Positions 1-12,048 of a stretch of 64,000 nucleotides of DNA are shown here, piece after piece. Below the pieces are notes generated by a model. It did no database searches and had not been told where the DNA came from. It saw nothing but the letters and a program-made list of their open reading frames with translations. The stretch lies in NCBI GenBank assembly GCA_951406725.2, contig OX597822.1:22630001-22694000 (forward strand), written 5' to 3'. Origin of the DNA: Octopus vulgaris (Eukaryota). Position 1 is the stretch's first letter. Each line of letters opens with the position of its first letter. The translations under genes were made by a program, and so were the position numbers.

Positions 1-135
1 TTAAAATACTGGGGTACTGAGACATCTTATGATATTTGTTCCAGTTGCACTCACTCAGAGTTCTTGGGTAGTGAAGTTAATTTGTCACCAGATTTAAGAT
101 AACCATCAAATGGTCCTTTAGAAAAATCTACTCTA

Positions 136-347
136 TGAGGTGGTGCTGTAAAGTTTCTGGCTTAAGGGTATCGCAAAAGACCTGGTTGGCAGTTCCCCCT
201 TCTGAGTTCTTTTACAGTGCATAGAAAACTGAGAGACCATTGCAATAGGTGTGTGAATCTGAGAGGGGGAATATGTTGAATAAAATCAAAACTGATCCTC
301 CTGTATTTTCTTTTATCCAAAGCCAGGAATTTTTCAGCACCTCCTCA
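136..347 (+). mobile_element. Mariner-derived MITE
   Basis: ~28-bp TIRs (tgaggtggtgctgtaaagtttctggctt / aagccaggaatttttcagcacctcctca) flanked by TA on both sides; internal remnant resembling a mariner C-terminus (..CVNLRGEYVE*). Confidence 0.75.
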
Positions 348-544
348 TATAGGAAGCAATCAGACCAGGCCTCTGATTTAAGAAAAGCTCCTGCCCTTCC
401 ATTCACCAATCTCAGAGGACTTGAAATCCATAAGAGGCTGTGTGCATGGCCCTTCTCTTTCTGACTAACCAGTGAAAAAAAAAATCCACATGGATTCATA
501 TACACATATTTTCAAACATATATCCTATAAACATAAATGAAGAT

Positions 545-672
545 GCAGGCATGAGTGTGAGGTAAGAAGCTTACTTCTCAACCCCATGGTTCTGGGTTCA
601 GTCCCACTGTGTGACATCATGGGCAAGTGTCATCTACTATAGCCTCTGGTCAACCAAAGCCTCATGAGTGCA
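545..672 (+). mobile_element. tRNA-derived SINE family A, 5' fragment
   Basis: Degenerate match to the head of the full copy at 11617-12048. Confidence 0.75.
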
Positions 673-952
673 TGCAACAAAGTCTCAGGCAGACAGACAC
701 AGCCTCCATAATGGACTAAGAAGGTCATTGAAAAGGTTGCAAGTAGTAACAATTTAGCAAACAAAAACAAATGACTTACTGTTCAACCAATTAAACAATC
801 AGTTAGTTAGTTGGATATTTAACCAATTGATTTATGATAAAGGAGTGAAATTCAACCAGTGTATTGTGTTGATAATATTGGCATAATGGCATAATGTTTC
901 AACACATGAATTCATATAAAGAATCTTGCAAACCAGGTACAGAAACAAAGAG

Positions 953-997
<45 letters not shown>

Positions 998-1135
998 CGG
1001 AGATGTACTCGCATAGCAAGTAATTTGATCTGAGATCGTGTGCTGAAACGAAAACAATTGCAGCGTGGAAGGTGTTTGTAAACAATTTAAGAAACACACA
1101 AAAGCCGTTCGATTCACTTCAACATTTAAGTTTAA

Positions 1136-1185
1136 TTTGTCAAAATATTTTCATCGCTAAAATCCGCGACCTGTTCACTGACAAA
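1136..1185 (-). ncRNA. Minimal hammerhead-like motif, G3-C8 variant, in Penelope-like fragment
   Basis: Minus strand: tttgtca-GTGAACA-g-gtcgc(ggatttta)gcgat-GAAA-atat-TT-tgacaaa; 7-bp stem I, stem II, palindromic stem III. Confidence 0.55.
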
Positions 1186-1203
1186 AATCCGTACTGCATC
1201 TTG

Positions 1204-1264
<61 letters not shown>

Positions 1265-1265
<1 letters not shown>

Positions 1266-1385
1266 GAAAAATACAAACTGGGACAAGAACGTAAAACATT
1301 TAGAAGACGATACAAAAAACACGGACGGGACATTCGAAGCCTTCAATCTTCAGTCAAGAACCGGATCATCCTAGCAATTTCGGCT
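1265..1385 (-). mobile_element. Penelope-like pLTR fragment with hammerhead half-motifs
   Basis: Between (TA)n tracts; minus strand agccGAAAttgc...tcttgaCTGAAGA, same layout as 58331-58368. Confidence 0.45.
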
Positions 1386-1402
1386 ATATATATATATATA
1401 TA

Positions 1403-1630
1403 TATATATTTTCATTTAGAGATAGTAGGCCCCTTCATCCCACCATATAAAAGAATGATGATTGGGGTTATATTTTAAGACTGATTCCAGCAAAACACGG
1501 TGTTGTTAAGGAACCGGGAAATGAACCCCAAGAAACACGTGTAGCCAAGTTATAAAGTAGTAAGTATTTAAATTTAAATTATTTTATATGATGGGATGAA
1601 GGGGCCTACTATCTCTAAATGAAAATATAT
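1403..1630. repeat. ~50-bp inverted repeat around ~130-bp spacer (Penelope-like)
   Basis: ttttcatttagagatagtaggccccttcatcccaccatataaaa and its reverse complement at ~1582-1630; spacer holds GAAAcacgtgTA. Confidence 0.7.
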
Positions 1631-1919
1631 ATTTCCTCATTGAGAATAATTTGAACCCCTGTTATGCTGGAAGTTTTATTCCCTAACAAATAAAATTATA
1701 TATATATATATATATATCCTTTCTGCTATAGGTAAAAGGCCTAAAATTTTGTAGTTGATTGCATCAACCCAGTTTGCAAATGGTACTTCTTTCATCCACT
1801 GAAAAGAGTGAAAGGCAAGGTTAACCTTGGCAGAATATAAACTCAAAATATAAAGATGGACAAAATGTTTAGGAACATTTTTTCTGGTGTCCTAACGATT
1901 CTGCCAGCTCACCTCCTTA

Positions 1920-1922
<3 letters not shown>

Positions 1923-1977
<55 letters not shown>
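1923..1977. repeat. (AC)n microsatellite
   Basis: Direct observation. Confidence 0.95.
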
Positions 1978-1979
<2 letters not shown>

Positions 1980-2167
1980 GAATGTATCTTCGATGCTCTT
2001 AATATCAGCAAAACCTTCCACCATGTCTATCATGCAAATCTATCAAAATTTTCTGCCTAAGATCTCCGTTCATCTCTCATAATAATTCTCCTTAGACACA
2101 GCAAAATTTTGTTTCAACACATGAATTCATATTAAGAATCTTGTAAACCAGGTACAGAAACAAAGAG

Positions 2168-2214
<47 letters not shown>

Positions 2215-2751
2215 ATCACGTGACCGACCAGGCTAACAGATGTTGCTACACATCGCTGGTCACAATGCACTTTGCATTGTTTTAGACTGCAAATGACGCC
2301 ACCCCGCTGGCTAAGCGAGCAGGCCAACAGAAGAAAGAGTGAGAGAAAGTTGTAGCGAAAGAGTACAGCAGGAATCGCCACCACCCCCTGCCGGAGCAGT
2401 ATGTACTGACAAAGTTCCTTCTGCCCAACTTTACATCAGTTGTTGTGGCTTAGAGTTCATTTTTGTCACCCATTTCCTTCCTTCTATAAATCAATGACCT
2501 ACTTGCTACCATAGCCAACAACACCCATTCATATGCTAGTAATAAAGTTTTCACTCCTCTCTAACTTTTCTCAACTATGTATCATTCACAAGCAGCCTAG
2601 CACCACACATTAAATTTGCATTGAATCTATGGAAAGAGATGTTGAGAGCATCTTCTCGTGGGGCCAAGTTCACTTTGTGTCTCAACAACAGAAAAAATAT
2701 TTATTATCCTCCAGCATTACTTACATCAAGCAAACACTCTCATTAAACATG

Positions 2752-2950
2752 AGTTGCGGATCCGTGGAATAAGCTGCCGGATGAGATAGTGAAGATGCCG
2801 ACGACCGCTCGGTTCAAAGTCTCCCTTGACCACAAGTGGCCTGAACTCTTTACATGAACACCACCCTGTACATAACTCCATGTCCCCCTACATGGCCTTG
2901 TTTTTTGCTTTTTGAGCCAAAAAATTAACTAACTAACTAACTAACTAACT
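2752..2950 (+). mobile_element. 5'-truncated CR1/L2-type LINE 3' end with (TAAC)n tail
   Basis: Near-identical to 5895-6055; interrupts an older degenerate LINE (~1980-3150). Confidence 0.8.
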
Positions 2951-3223
2951 CAGCTAGAGCCTTACAGTCACTCCAAATTTTGGGTCTCACTGACAATAAG
3001 GGTCGCTCCTGATAAAAGTACATCCTCAGCATAGATAGGACCACATCTCATAGACTACCTCTTCTCTTTAGATCCAGAAGATATTTCAGCTTCAACATCT
3101 ATTGACAGCCTCAAATGAGGCCCTTGTTAGAGTTTATGATGCTGCCACTTATCAGCTCCTTCCTTAGCCATTCCTATTATTTCACCTTTCCCCTTCCATA
3201 CTGATATTTACCATCAACCATAC

Positions 3224-3445
3224 CTATTTCTTTACTACCCACAAGGGGCTAAACACAAAGAGGACAAACAAGGACAGACAAACGGATTAAGTCGATTATA
3301 TTGACCCCAGTGCTTAATTTATCGACCTCGAAAGGATGAAAGGCAAAGTCGACCTTGGCAGAATTTGAACTCACAACGTAACGGCAGACGAAATGCCGCT
3401 AAGCATTTCACCCAACGTGCTAACGTTTCTGCCAGCTCGCCGCCT
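3224..3445 (-). mobile_element. tRNA-derived SINE family B
   Basis: Full copy (minus: ggcggcgagctggcagaaacgttagcacg...agtaaagaaatag) with target-site duplication tttaccatcaacca. Confidence 0.9.
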
Positions 3446-4472
3446 TTACCATCAACCAAACCATCACCTCTACAACCATCTCTAACCATCTGTCACTCTC
3501 TGACCCTATTCTAATGAACTTATCCATCTACTCTTCCTGATTCTTTGTATCCTTTTCTGTACTTTCCTCCTTGTATCTGACACCTCATCACCCCCATCAT
3601 TGTCTTCTTTCCAGTTACCCCCACCCACTCTTCTCTGTAGCAAAACATCTGTACCTGCTTTTCTATCATACTTTAGCCTCTCCATACCTGGCAAAATGCC
3701 TTCCTCCCTCTCTTATTCTGTGGTTGAATGGTCTTTTTCTTTGTCATTTAAGTTACTTGATGATCTCACAAGTGCTGTTTTCTTAGAAGAAGCACACAGT
3801 GCACTGTGTAAAGTGGATTGCACTAAGAAGGGCATCCATCCTTAGAAACCATATCAAAGCAGACACTGGAGCTCAAAGCAGTCCTCTGGCTCAGTGGATC
3901 CAGTCAAATAGTCTAACCCATGCTGGCATGGACATTAACTGATGATGACCAAGTTTTGCACATATGAGGTATGATATAAAATTAGCTGTTTACTAAAGAA
4001 TTTTCCCGGCAGAAAAAAAAATTGTGCATGTATGTATGGCGTGTGTATGTATGCATACAAACCAGCAGCATGTATATATGAGTATACATGTTTACGTGTG
4101 TGTGTGTGTGTGTGTGTATTTGCTATATTTGTGTAGTTATATTTAATGTGCTCAAGTTCCACTGCAGAAATAATCTCATCTTAGATGACATGTAAAAAAA
4201 CAATGGGCTATGAATGATATTATTGGATTATAGGATGCATACATTTCTGCACTTTATGCATCATCAGCTAAAAATACCAAATCTGCCTTCCGTTGCTTCA
4301 AAAGAATAATTTGTTTTTATGTTAGCAGTTCGGTAAAAAGAGACTAAGTACCAGATTAGAAAAAAAAGACTCTAGTGTCAATTTGTTTGACCAGTGGTTC
4401 CCAAGCTTTTCACAGATATTCCCCACCCTTTTATTTAAATGAGTTTTCTCAGACCTCTTTTAATATGCTTAT

Positions 4473-4500
<28 letters not shown>

Positions 4501-4506
<6 letters not shown>

Positions 4507-5120
4507 GATCATAATAAACAATTTGATTTGGAATGGAATATTCTATCTATATCATTTCCATATGATAAAGGTAAATCTTTTTGTCTGCTTTGTAACGATG
4601 AAATGTATTTCATATGTTCTCAGAGAATCCTCTTGTAAATACATTTATAGAACGTGTTTATCGTTGCAAACATTGGCAAAAACATACCTTTAGTTCCTAT
4701 AAGTGATTTCTACCATTCTATAAAAGTCAACCTTTAACTTTCTTCTTACATTTCCCTTCCACTAAATATATGAACTTTCAAGCTTTTAAGCTTTATTCCT
4801 ATTCACCTATCGCTCTGTATCTCTCCACTATTAGTTTTCTGCTAATTTCTTTCTTTCTCCTCCTCTTTCTATAAACTACCTTTGACATTATATCTACTAC
4901 CATTTTTATTTTAAAAACTTGCTACTGTTCCCTTCATCATATACTCAGTCGTCACATTCTGTTAAAATGTCTTATTGATGTATTTGATTTTTTTCTTTCC
5001 CCGATGAGAAGATTGCATTGTTTTACATCATTTTATTCCTTCTTGAATAATATCAATGTTTTCTTCGAAGCATATGTCAGAAGTAAAAAGATTTGAATAA
5101 CACCTGCATTTAACTTCAGT
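4501..5120 (+). mobile_element. Penelope-like element 3' fragment (endonuclease C-terminus plus pLTR)
   Basis: IKDHNKQFDLEWNILS..FCLLCNDEMYFI and LVNTFIERVYRCKH resemble the PLE W-IL/CxLC/CRH C-terminus; followed by a hammerhead-like motif. Confidence 0.6.
4996..5083 (+). ncRNA. Degenerate minimal hammerhead-like motif
   Basis: CCGATGA-gaaga...tcttc-GAAG-catatg-TC; palindromic stem III; U4C and A15G deviations. Confidence 0.45.
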
Positions 5121-5169
5121 TATATATATATATAATATATACGTATATATATATATATATATATATATG

Positions 5170-6077
5170 ACTTGCCCGACAACCTCACACAACACACCCT
5201 TCTATTTGCCGATGATGTCAAACTGGTCGCTCTTCGCAGTGATATAGAGGATCTTCGTCGATGCCTCCATCAAGTTTGGAGACAGTCAAACGAATGGGAC
5301 CGGTGTCTGAACATGTCAAAGTACTGTCATCTGCCTGTTGGCTCCTCTCCTGCAACTCAACTTGATTTCGAGCCGGGTCATCTGCTGCTGGAGAAGACCG
5401 ACCAAGTAAAGGACCTGGGTATCTTGGTAGATTCTTCCTTTTCGTCCCAATGCATCCATGCTGCCAACAAAGCACGCGGAGTTCTGTTTTTGATTCGACG
5501 GTCATTCAGAAAGCTCACAGCAGCCATATTCCTACCGCTCTATGTCACGCTGGTGAGACCCGTATTGGAGTACGGGATTCAAGCCTCTTCTCCTTATCTC
5601 ATCAGAGACATACATCATCTTGAAAGAGTCCAGAAGCTGGCTACCTGCATGGTTCTTGGTCTCAAGCATTTGTCTTATGAAGAAAGGCTGAAGACGCTTG
5701 ACCTTTATTCTCTAGAAAAACGCCGCCGCCGTGGTGATCTCATTCTCGCTCACAACATCATAAGCGGAAAGTGTAACCTCTTGAAAGAGCTGTTCTTCAC
5801 TCCTGCTCCAGAGCGTGGGCTGCAGGGTCACTCCGAAAAGCTCTATCTACAACGAATTCATCTCAATCGAAGGAGCGGGGCTTTCTCTGTCTGGGTTGCG
5901 GATCCGTGGAATAAGCTGCCGGACGAGATAGTGAAGATGCCGATGAATGCTCGGTTCAAAGTCTCTCTTGACCAGAAATGGCCTGAACTCTGTGTATGAA
6001 CACCCTCCATGTACATAATTACATGACCTTGCTTTTACTTTTTGAGCCAAAAAAATTAAATTAAATCAAATTAAATT
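5170..6077 (+). mobile_element. CR1/L2-clade LINE, 5'-truncated RT C-terminus
   Basis: ORF 5172-5999 with LFADDVKL, KDLGILVD, LVRPVLEY, SLEKRRRRGDLI, WNKLP; simple-repeat tail. Confidence 0.9.
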
Positions 6078-6084
6078 ATATATA

Positions 6085-7030
6085 TGAGAAGCAGCCATGC
6101 TTACCAGCTATGCCGATGACACAAAAGTCGCACAGTCAGTCAAGGAAACCGCTGATGCTATCCTCTTACAGAAAGATCTAGATGCCATCTATACATGGGC
6201 TGAAGATAACAACATGCAATTTAATGCAAGTAAATTCCAAGCCCTCCACAACCAGTTAAGCACTGCTCAGGAATCATGACATCAGTACGTTGGACCAAGT
6301 GGATCAACAATCCCAGAATCAAATACGGTGTGTGATCTTGGAATAGAAATGAGCAACAATGCCTCATTTCACACACATATCAACAAAATGGTAGCAATAT
6401 CCAGAAGACTATAGCTGCTTGGATTCTGAGAACCTTCCGGACAAGGGACCAAGAAACTATGATGACACTATGGAAGTCATTTATCCGCAGCCAACTGGAC
6501 GACTGCTCTCAGTTATGGTCACCTTATACTACAAAGATGATAGCAGAGCTTGAAGCAGTCCAACGACATTACACAAAGAAAATTGCATCAATGGAATGAC
6601 TGAGCTACTGGGACAGATTGACAGAGCTACGACTATTCCCTGGAACGAAAGCGGGAGAAGTATGCAGTGATATATATATATATGGAAGATACTGGAAGGA
6701 CTGGTACCAAACTTTGGAATAAAGAGCTATACCAGACCACGAACAGGACGCCACTGTGCTGTCCCCACTGTGCTGACTGCTTCATCTGGGGCAAGGACGA
6801 TGTACTGCAATAGCTTGGGTTTCAAGGGCCCACAGCTGTTTAACTGTCTGCCGAAGCATCTGAGGAGCCTCCATGGAGTGGATGTAGACGTTTTCAAACA
6901 TGAACTTGACCTCTGGCTCACCAAGATCCCGTATGAGCCAATATCTAAGCAAAAAACTCAAAAGAGAGCAGTAACATCGAACTCCATCCTTCACTAAAAG
7001 CCCCTCTGACGAAGTTGGAAAGTGGAAAGA
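6085..7030 (+). mobile_element. Second CR1/L2-type LINE remnant (frameshifted RT)
   Basis: YADDTK, LQKDLDAIYTWA..NNMQFN, GPQLFNCLP with stops and frameshifts. Confidence 0.85.
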
Positions 7031-7087
7031 TGATCACAATGGCGATGCTCCAGCATGGCCACAGTCATTAGGCTGAAACATATAAAA

Positions 7088-7153
<66 letters not shown>

Positions 7154-7894
7154 AAATTTGGACTTTAGCTCATGAACACAAAGTTCTACCTTTGCTGACC
7201 ACCAGGGCTCCACGGACCCCAGGCTGGGAACCACTGGACGAAACCCTTCAAGTCAATGCCCCAGCATGGCCGCTGTCAAATTCCTGAAACAAGTAAAAGA
7301 CAACAGATATATACAATGTATTTAGTGTTTGTAAGTATTAAATATGCAACAGTATGAAACGCTTAGTCAGAGATAATTGCTTGATCTAGTTTCACCAAAT
7401 TTTTTATTATATAAACAATGAAACAAGATATCCTGTGTATAATTGGGAAAAACAACCTTATCGAATCCCTACGATATTCAATTAAACAATATTATTCTTC
7501 GTAAGTTTATTTTATATTTAATTACGTAATTTATAGTCGAAAAGCATTAAAATACATTTTAGCAACATTTATTTCGAAAACTGAATTATCGTTCGTATTA
7601 ATTGCATTTTGCTATCTTTGTTTCTGATTATATTTCCTAATGTTTGCCGTCGATTTGTTCTGAAGCCAGCATCTCACCCTTGTATCATGATGTTAACACG
7701 ATATTTATAATGCAGGGGAGAATACTCTTGAATATAAATTTAAAGTTCCAGGGAGGCAACTCAAACTATTTTGTAAATATGTTTCACAAATCTATTTTGG
7801 TGATGGCCTAAAATAGCTTTGAAACAAACGTGTTTTTAAATTAATGTACTGTTTATGTTGTGTTATCATAGATCGAACATGATCTTACAGATAT

Positions 7895-8306
7895 GGGATC
7901 TTTTCGGTTTGAACGGCAGTTTCTAACATAATTTCTAGGTAACTAAAAAATGTTAAACTTCGTATAACTGGTAGAATGTGTTTATAAAACAACTTTTTTC
8001 TCTTGGCTTTATTGAAAAAATTCTATAGTTTGTAAGATATTTGTTGTTTTTTTTCTTCAATTTCTGCAATTTCAACCAATCAGTGACGTCTATTGAGATA
8101 AAAAACATTCTGTGCCGTATGAATATGTCCCTCGTTTAAGAAACAGATTGGGTTTATTTACATTTCTGAAGAAAAAAGATACCCTTCCTCCCACCCCTAA
8201 CCCTAAAACATTGAAATGCAATAGATCGATACTAGGGTCATAATTATGGGTGACAATTTCATATGACACCGCTAGAAAAAACTGCCGTTCAAACCGAAAA
8301 GATCCC
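7895..8306. mobile_element. MITE with 28-bp TIRs
   Basis: gggatcttttcggtttgaacggcagttt / aaactgccgttcaaaccgaaaagatccc; flanking duplication agatat (or cagatatg if termini are GG..CC). Confidence 0.85.
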
Positions 8307-8977
8307 AGATATGGAATCTAAAATCTCTGTCATAATCACATATCTACTTTATAACAAGACGATAAATTGGAATCAGAGTTGTTAGAGTTTGAGCTAATGT
8401 TTCGGGGTGTCTGTTCCGAGATTGCTTTCGCCGAGGTCAACTTGGTCTTACATCCTTTCGGGATATAAAATAAATAAATAAATGTGGCTGCAAAGTAAGA
8501 AATATGCTTTCCAGCCATATGGTTCTAGATTCAGTCTCAATGCGAGGCATCTTGGTTAAGTGTTTCCAAATATAGCCCCGAGCCGTTGAAAGTCTCGCGA
8601 GTGGATTTGATAGGAGGAAACTGAAACACGCTAGTGTCCTCTCTGTGTGTATGTGTGTGCCCGCACCTACTACACCTATTTCTTTACTACCCACAAGGGG
8701 CTAAACACAGAGGGGACAAACAAGGACAGACAAACGGATTAAGTCGATTAATTTATCGACCCCGAAAGGATGAAAGGCAACGCTTGACAACGGTTGCTGG
8801 TTTGTTTCCGTCCCCATAATCTAGCATTTCGGCTAAATTATCCGACAGAATAAGTACCAGGCTTTAAAAACCAAGTAATGTGGTCGATGATCTTCAACAA
8901 ACACACAGAAACCCACAAGCGCTACCATGGTGACCGCAAATATACAAGCTCACGCCAAGCATAATACTATTCAGAAT

Positions 8978-9190
8978 AAGCGAGCTGGCAGAAACGTTAG
9001 CACACTGGGCGAAATGCTTAGCGGTATTTCGTCTGTCTTTATGTTCTGAGTTCAAATTCCGCCAAGGTCGACGTTGCCTTTCATCCTTTCGGGGTTGATA
9101 AATTAAGTACCAGTTGCGTACTGGAGTCGATCTAATCGACTGGCCACCTCCCCAAAAGTTGCAGGCCTTGTGCCTAGAATAGAAAAGAAT
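8978..9190 (+). mobile_element. SINE family B
   Basis: Matches the 3224-3445 head and body. Confidence 0.8.
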
Positions 9191-9380
9191 ATTCAGAATA
9201 AGGATGCGACAAGCACTGCAAACACCTCATCCTTCTTACTATGACCACGTTTTCAAATTTCAATATTTCTCTACAGGTTCTTCGAACACTCTCGTACCGC
9301 GAATCATCGTAGCGTGAGCATGAAGAAATGATTGTTGTAAGTCTATATACATCGTTTATTACTACATTAGTATATAAGGT

Positions 9381-10690
9381 CATGGCCGGATTAAGATTCT
9401 TAGAGTCCCTAAGCACTTAAAAATTTGCGCCCCCCCCCCCCATACAATTGTTATGATCTTCAGCTATATATTCTAATGCATCCAAAATCTCAAGGAAAGA
9501 TTTCAAAATCGCTGCTGTGGCCATAGCATGTGTATCAGAGAGGGATTTTAGAACACTTTCATTTTTAATACGATCTTTAAGAATCTTCCACCAGTAGGTT
9601 GAGGCTGAAAATAAAGGTATAGATTAACTGTACTGTAGTGAAGAAATTAACAGCCTCTTCACAACAGTCAACAGCACTTTGGCCGACCAGATTTAGCGAA
9701 TGAGCTGCACAGGGAACATATGTAGCAAACTTGTTTGTTTCTAAAATTTTCTGCTGCATCCTTTTATAACGTCCAGACATGTTAGCCGCATTATCATAGA
9801 CTGACCTCTACATTTCGAAAAATTTGGTTTACAAGTTTCACGTATATATATTGCAGTAACCGGTTGACCGTTTTCTCGCTGGTGTGGCTTTCTAGATCCA
9901 GAAAGGTTAAAAAGCCTTCTGTAGGCTGTCCATCTTTTAAGTACCGAAGTATAATACTTAATTGATCGATTTGCGATAGATCTGGTGTTGAATAAACACA
10001 AACACACACACTGAAATGACCTGAAGATTTAACTTCGTCAACAACGAGCGCATGACCCTTTTTCGCAGATAGTTTTTGAAAGGTAAGAAATGTTTCCTTT
10101 GCCAGAATTTCTATATTTTGATATGTGGCCTGCCAATAATGGATCAAATTATATTAGGAGTTCAAGCAACGATCCAAACCTTTCGTCTGTTCCTCGAATA
10201 GTCAAGTCACGATCAGCTAACGTACAAATCATAGTTATGACACGCCTCAAGACATGTTCCCAATAATCACATTTTACTTTGATTTGCTTCTCCAACTGTG
10301 ACTTCAACCCCACACCTTGTCTGTGAGTTAAATAAGTAAGCAAAGAGCCTCGATGAGTAATGCTTTTCTCATGATTATCAATTACAATTGTATTTCACCA
10401 GTCACAGAACCCTTCCCTCATAATAAAATTCGAAGAATATTTAGGAGCAGACAATATACAAAGACAACCATTAACTGATCCTGTTGATAGTGAATGCAGT
10501 AACCACTCTTCCGTATTTCTCACCATTGGCTTTTGTGCCAATAATACTTTACTGGTTTCCCGCTAGTAAGGTGACGATAAGACTTATCAAATGGCCCATT
10601 GTGGTGTTGACAGTTACTGGGTCCACAAGGGATCCAGTAAGCGATATCATCAGCAGAAAAATCAAATCACAACCCTAGATCTTTTGCCAA
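9381..10690 (-). mobile_element. hAT (Tip100/ZMYM1-like) transposon remnant
   Basis: Frameshifted transposase pieces MSGRYK..QQKI..YVPCAAHSLNLVG, STPDLSQIDQLSIILRY, LADRDLTIRGTDE; end catggccggattaag at 9381; other end not found. Confidence 0.8.
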
Positions 10691-11616
10691 ATTGCGATTT
10701 TCTTCATGCTTTACGGAATGAATACTCTTTTACTCTTTTTACTCTTTTACTTGTTCCAGTCATTTGACCGTGGCCATGCTGGAGCACCGCCTTTTAGTCG
10801 AGCAAATCGACTTATTTTTTGGAAGCCTAGTACTTATTCTATCGTTCTCTTTTGCCGAACCGCTAATAGTGAAGATGTATTTCGTTGGCTGCGTGAAGAA
10901 CTGAAGAAAACTCACAATCATTTTACAGAGTATTTATTGCCGGACATAAATATATTAGGTGTTGGCTATTTACAACGAATATTTATAATCATCGAATGAG
11001 AGAAAAGTTGTCTGTAAAAGTTACTTATGAGACGTTGTGTGAATGTTCAGAATGGATCTGAGGACACTGAATTTGTCTGCGCAAATGTCTAGAACTGTGC
11101 GCCTTGAACTCCGCAATTAATTGAACGCCAAAAACGTTATTATTAGGATTGCTGGTACCTTGAGAAGGTTCAATTTCTGTACTTTACACGTATCCTTCGT
11201 AAATTTTAAGGCAAAGAGTAAAAGCTGTGAGGGTAGCAATAAAGCGTTTAATACAATTTATAAAATGTAAAGTTCTTCCTCGCTATTTTCATATTTTTCC
11301 GCTTAGTATTTCTTCGAACATCACGAACACATGACGTAATGCCCCTAAGCCCTGAGTGTCTGTCCGAGCAGCTGTTACTTTCAGTGGTTAACATGTAGCG
11401 TACTATCGTAAAAATAAAAAAAAGTGAAAATAAAATATCCTTAAAAATTAAAGTATAGTGTAACAGAAATCGGAAGTGACGACAGTGACATCTAATTTCA
11501 TGTAAGCAATGCGACATAACCGATGCTTCCACTATATAAGTTTAGTGAAGAGGCACTAAAGTAACATCTGACTTTGTTATAACAGCAGTAGTATATTATT
11601 TTGTAATGAAATAATA

Positions 11617-11778
11617 GGCGCAGGAGTGGCTGTGTGGTAAGTAGCTTGTTTACCAACCACATGGTTCCGGGTTCAGTCCCACTGCGTGGCACCTTGGGCA
11701 AGTGTCTTCTACTATAGCCTCGGGCCAACCAAAGCCTTGTGAGTGGATTTGGTAGACGGAAACTGAAAGAAGCCTGTC

Positions 11779-11840
<62 letters not shown>

Positions 11841-12048
11841 TTGTGTGTCTGTGTTTGTCCCCCTAGCATTGCTTGACAACCGATGCTGGTGTGTTTATGT
11901 CCCCGTCACTTAGCGGTTCGGCAAAAAGACCGATAGAATAAGTACTGGGCTTACAAAGAATAAGTCCCGGGGTCGAGTTGCTCGACTAAAGGCGGTGCTC
12001 CAGCATGGCCGCAGTCAACTGACTGAAACAAGTAAAAGAGTAAAAGAG
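11617..12048 (+). mobile_element. tRNA-derived SINE family A, full length
   Basis: tRNA-like head, internal (TA)n(TG)n, tail gtaaaagag repeats; absent from the sister LTR. Confidence 0.9.

Larger units (their letters stand above)
4392..7236. mobile_element. hAT/Charlie-type MITE expanded by nested insertions
   Basis: TIRs cagtggttcccaa / ctgggaaccactg; flanks are the two halves of one SINE-A tail; no clean 8-bp TSD. Confidence 0.55.

Noticed and set aside
894-2172. 63-bp direct repeats at ~894 and ~2110 as LTRs
   Set aside because: No TG..CA, PBS or TSD; they look like dispersed Penelope-like end fragments.
7400-7760. Candidate first exons (ATGATACAAGG|gtgag on minus; donor at 7501 on plus)
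   Set aside because: Splice-like motifs only; no linked exons or homology.
11617-11690. tRNA-like sequences
   Set aside because: SINE heads continuing into repeat bodies; no standalone tRNA gene.
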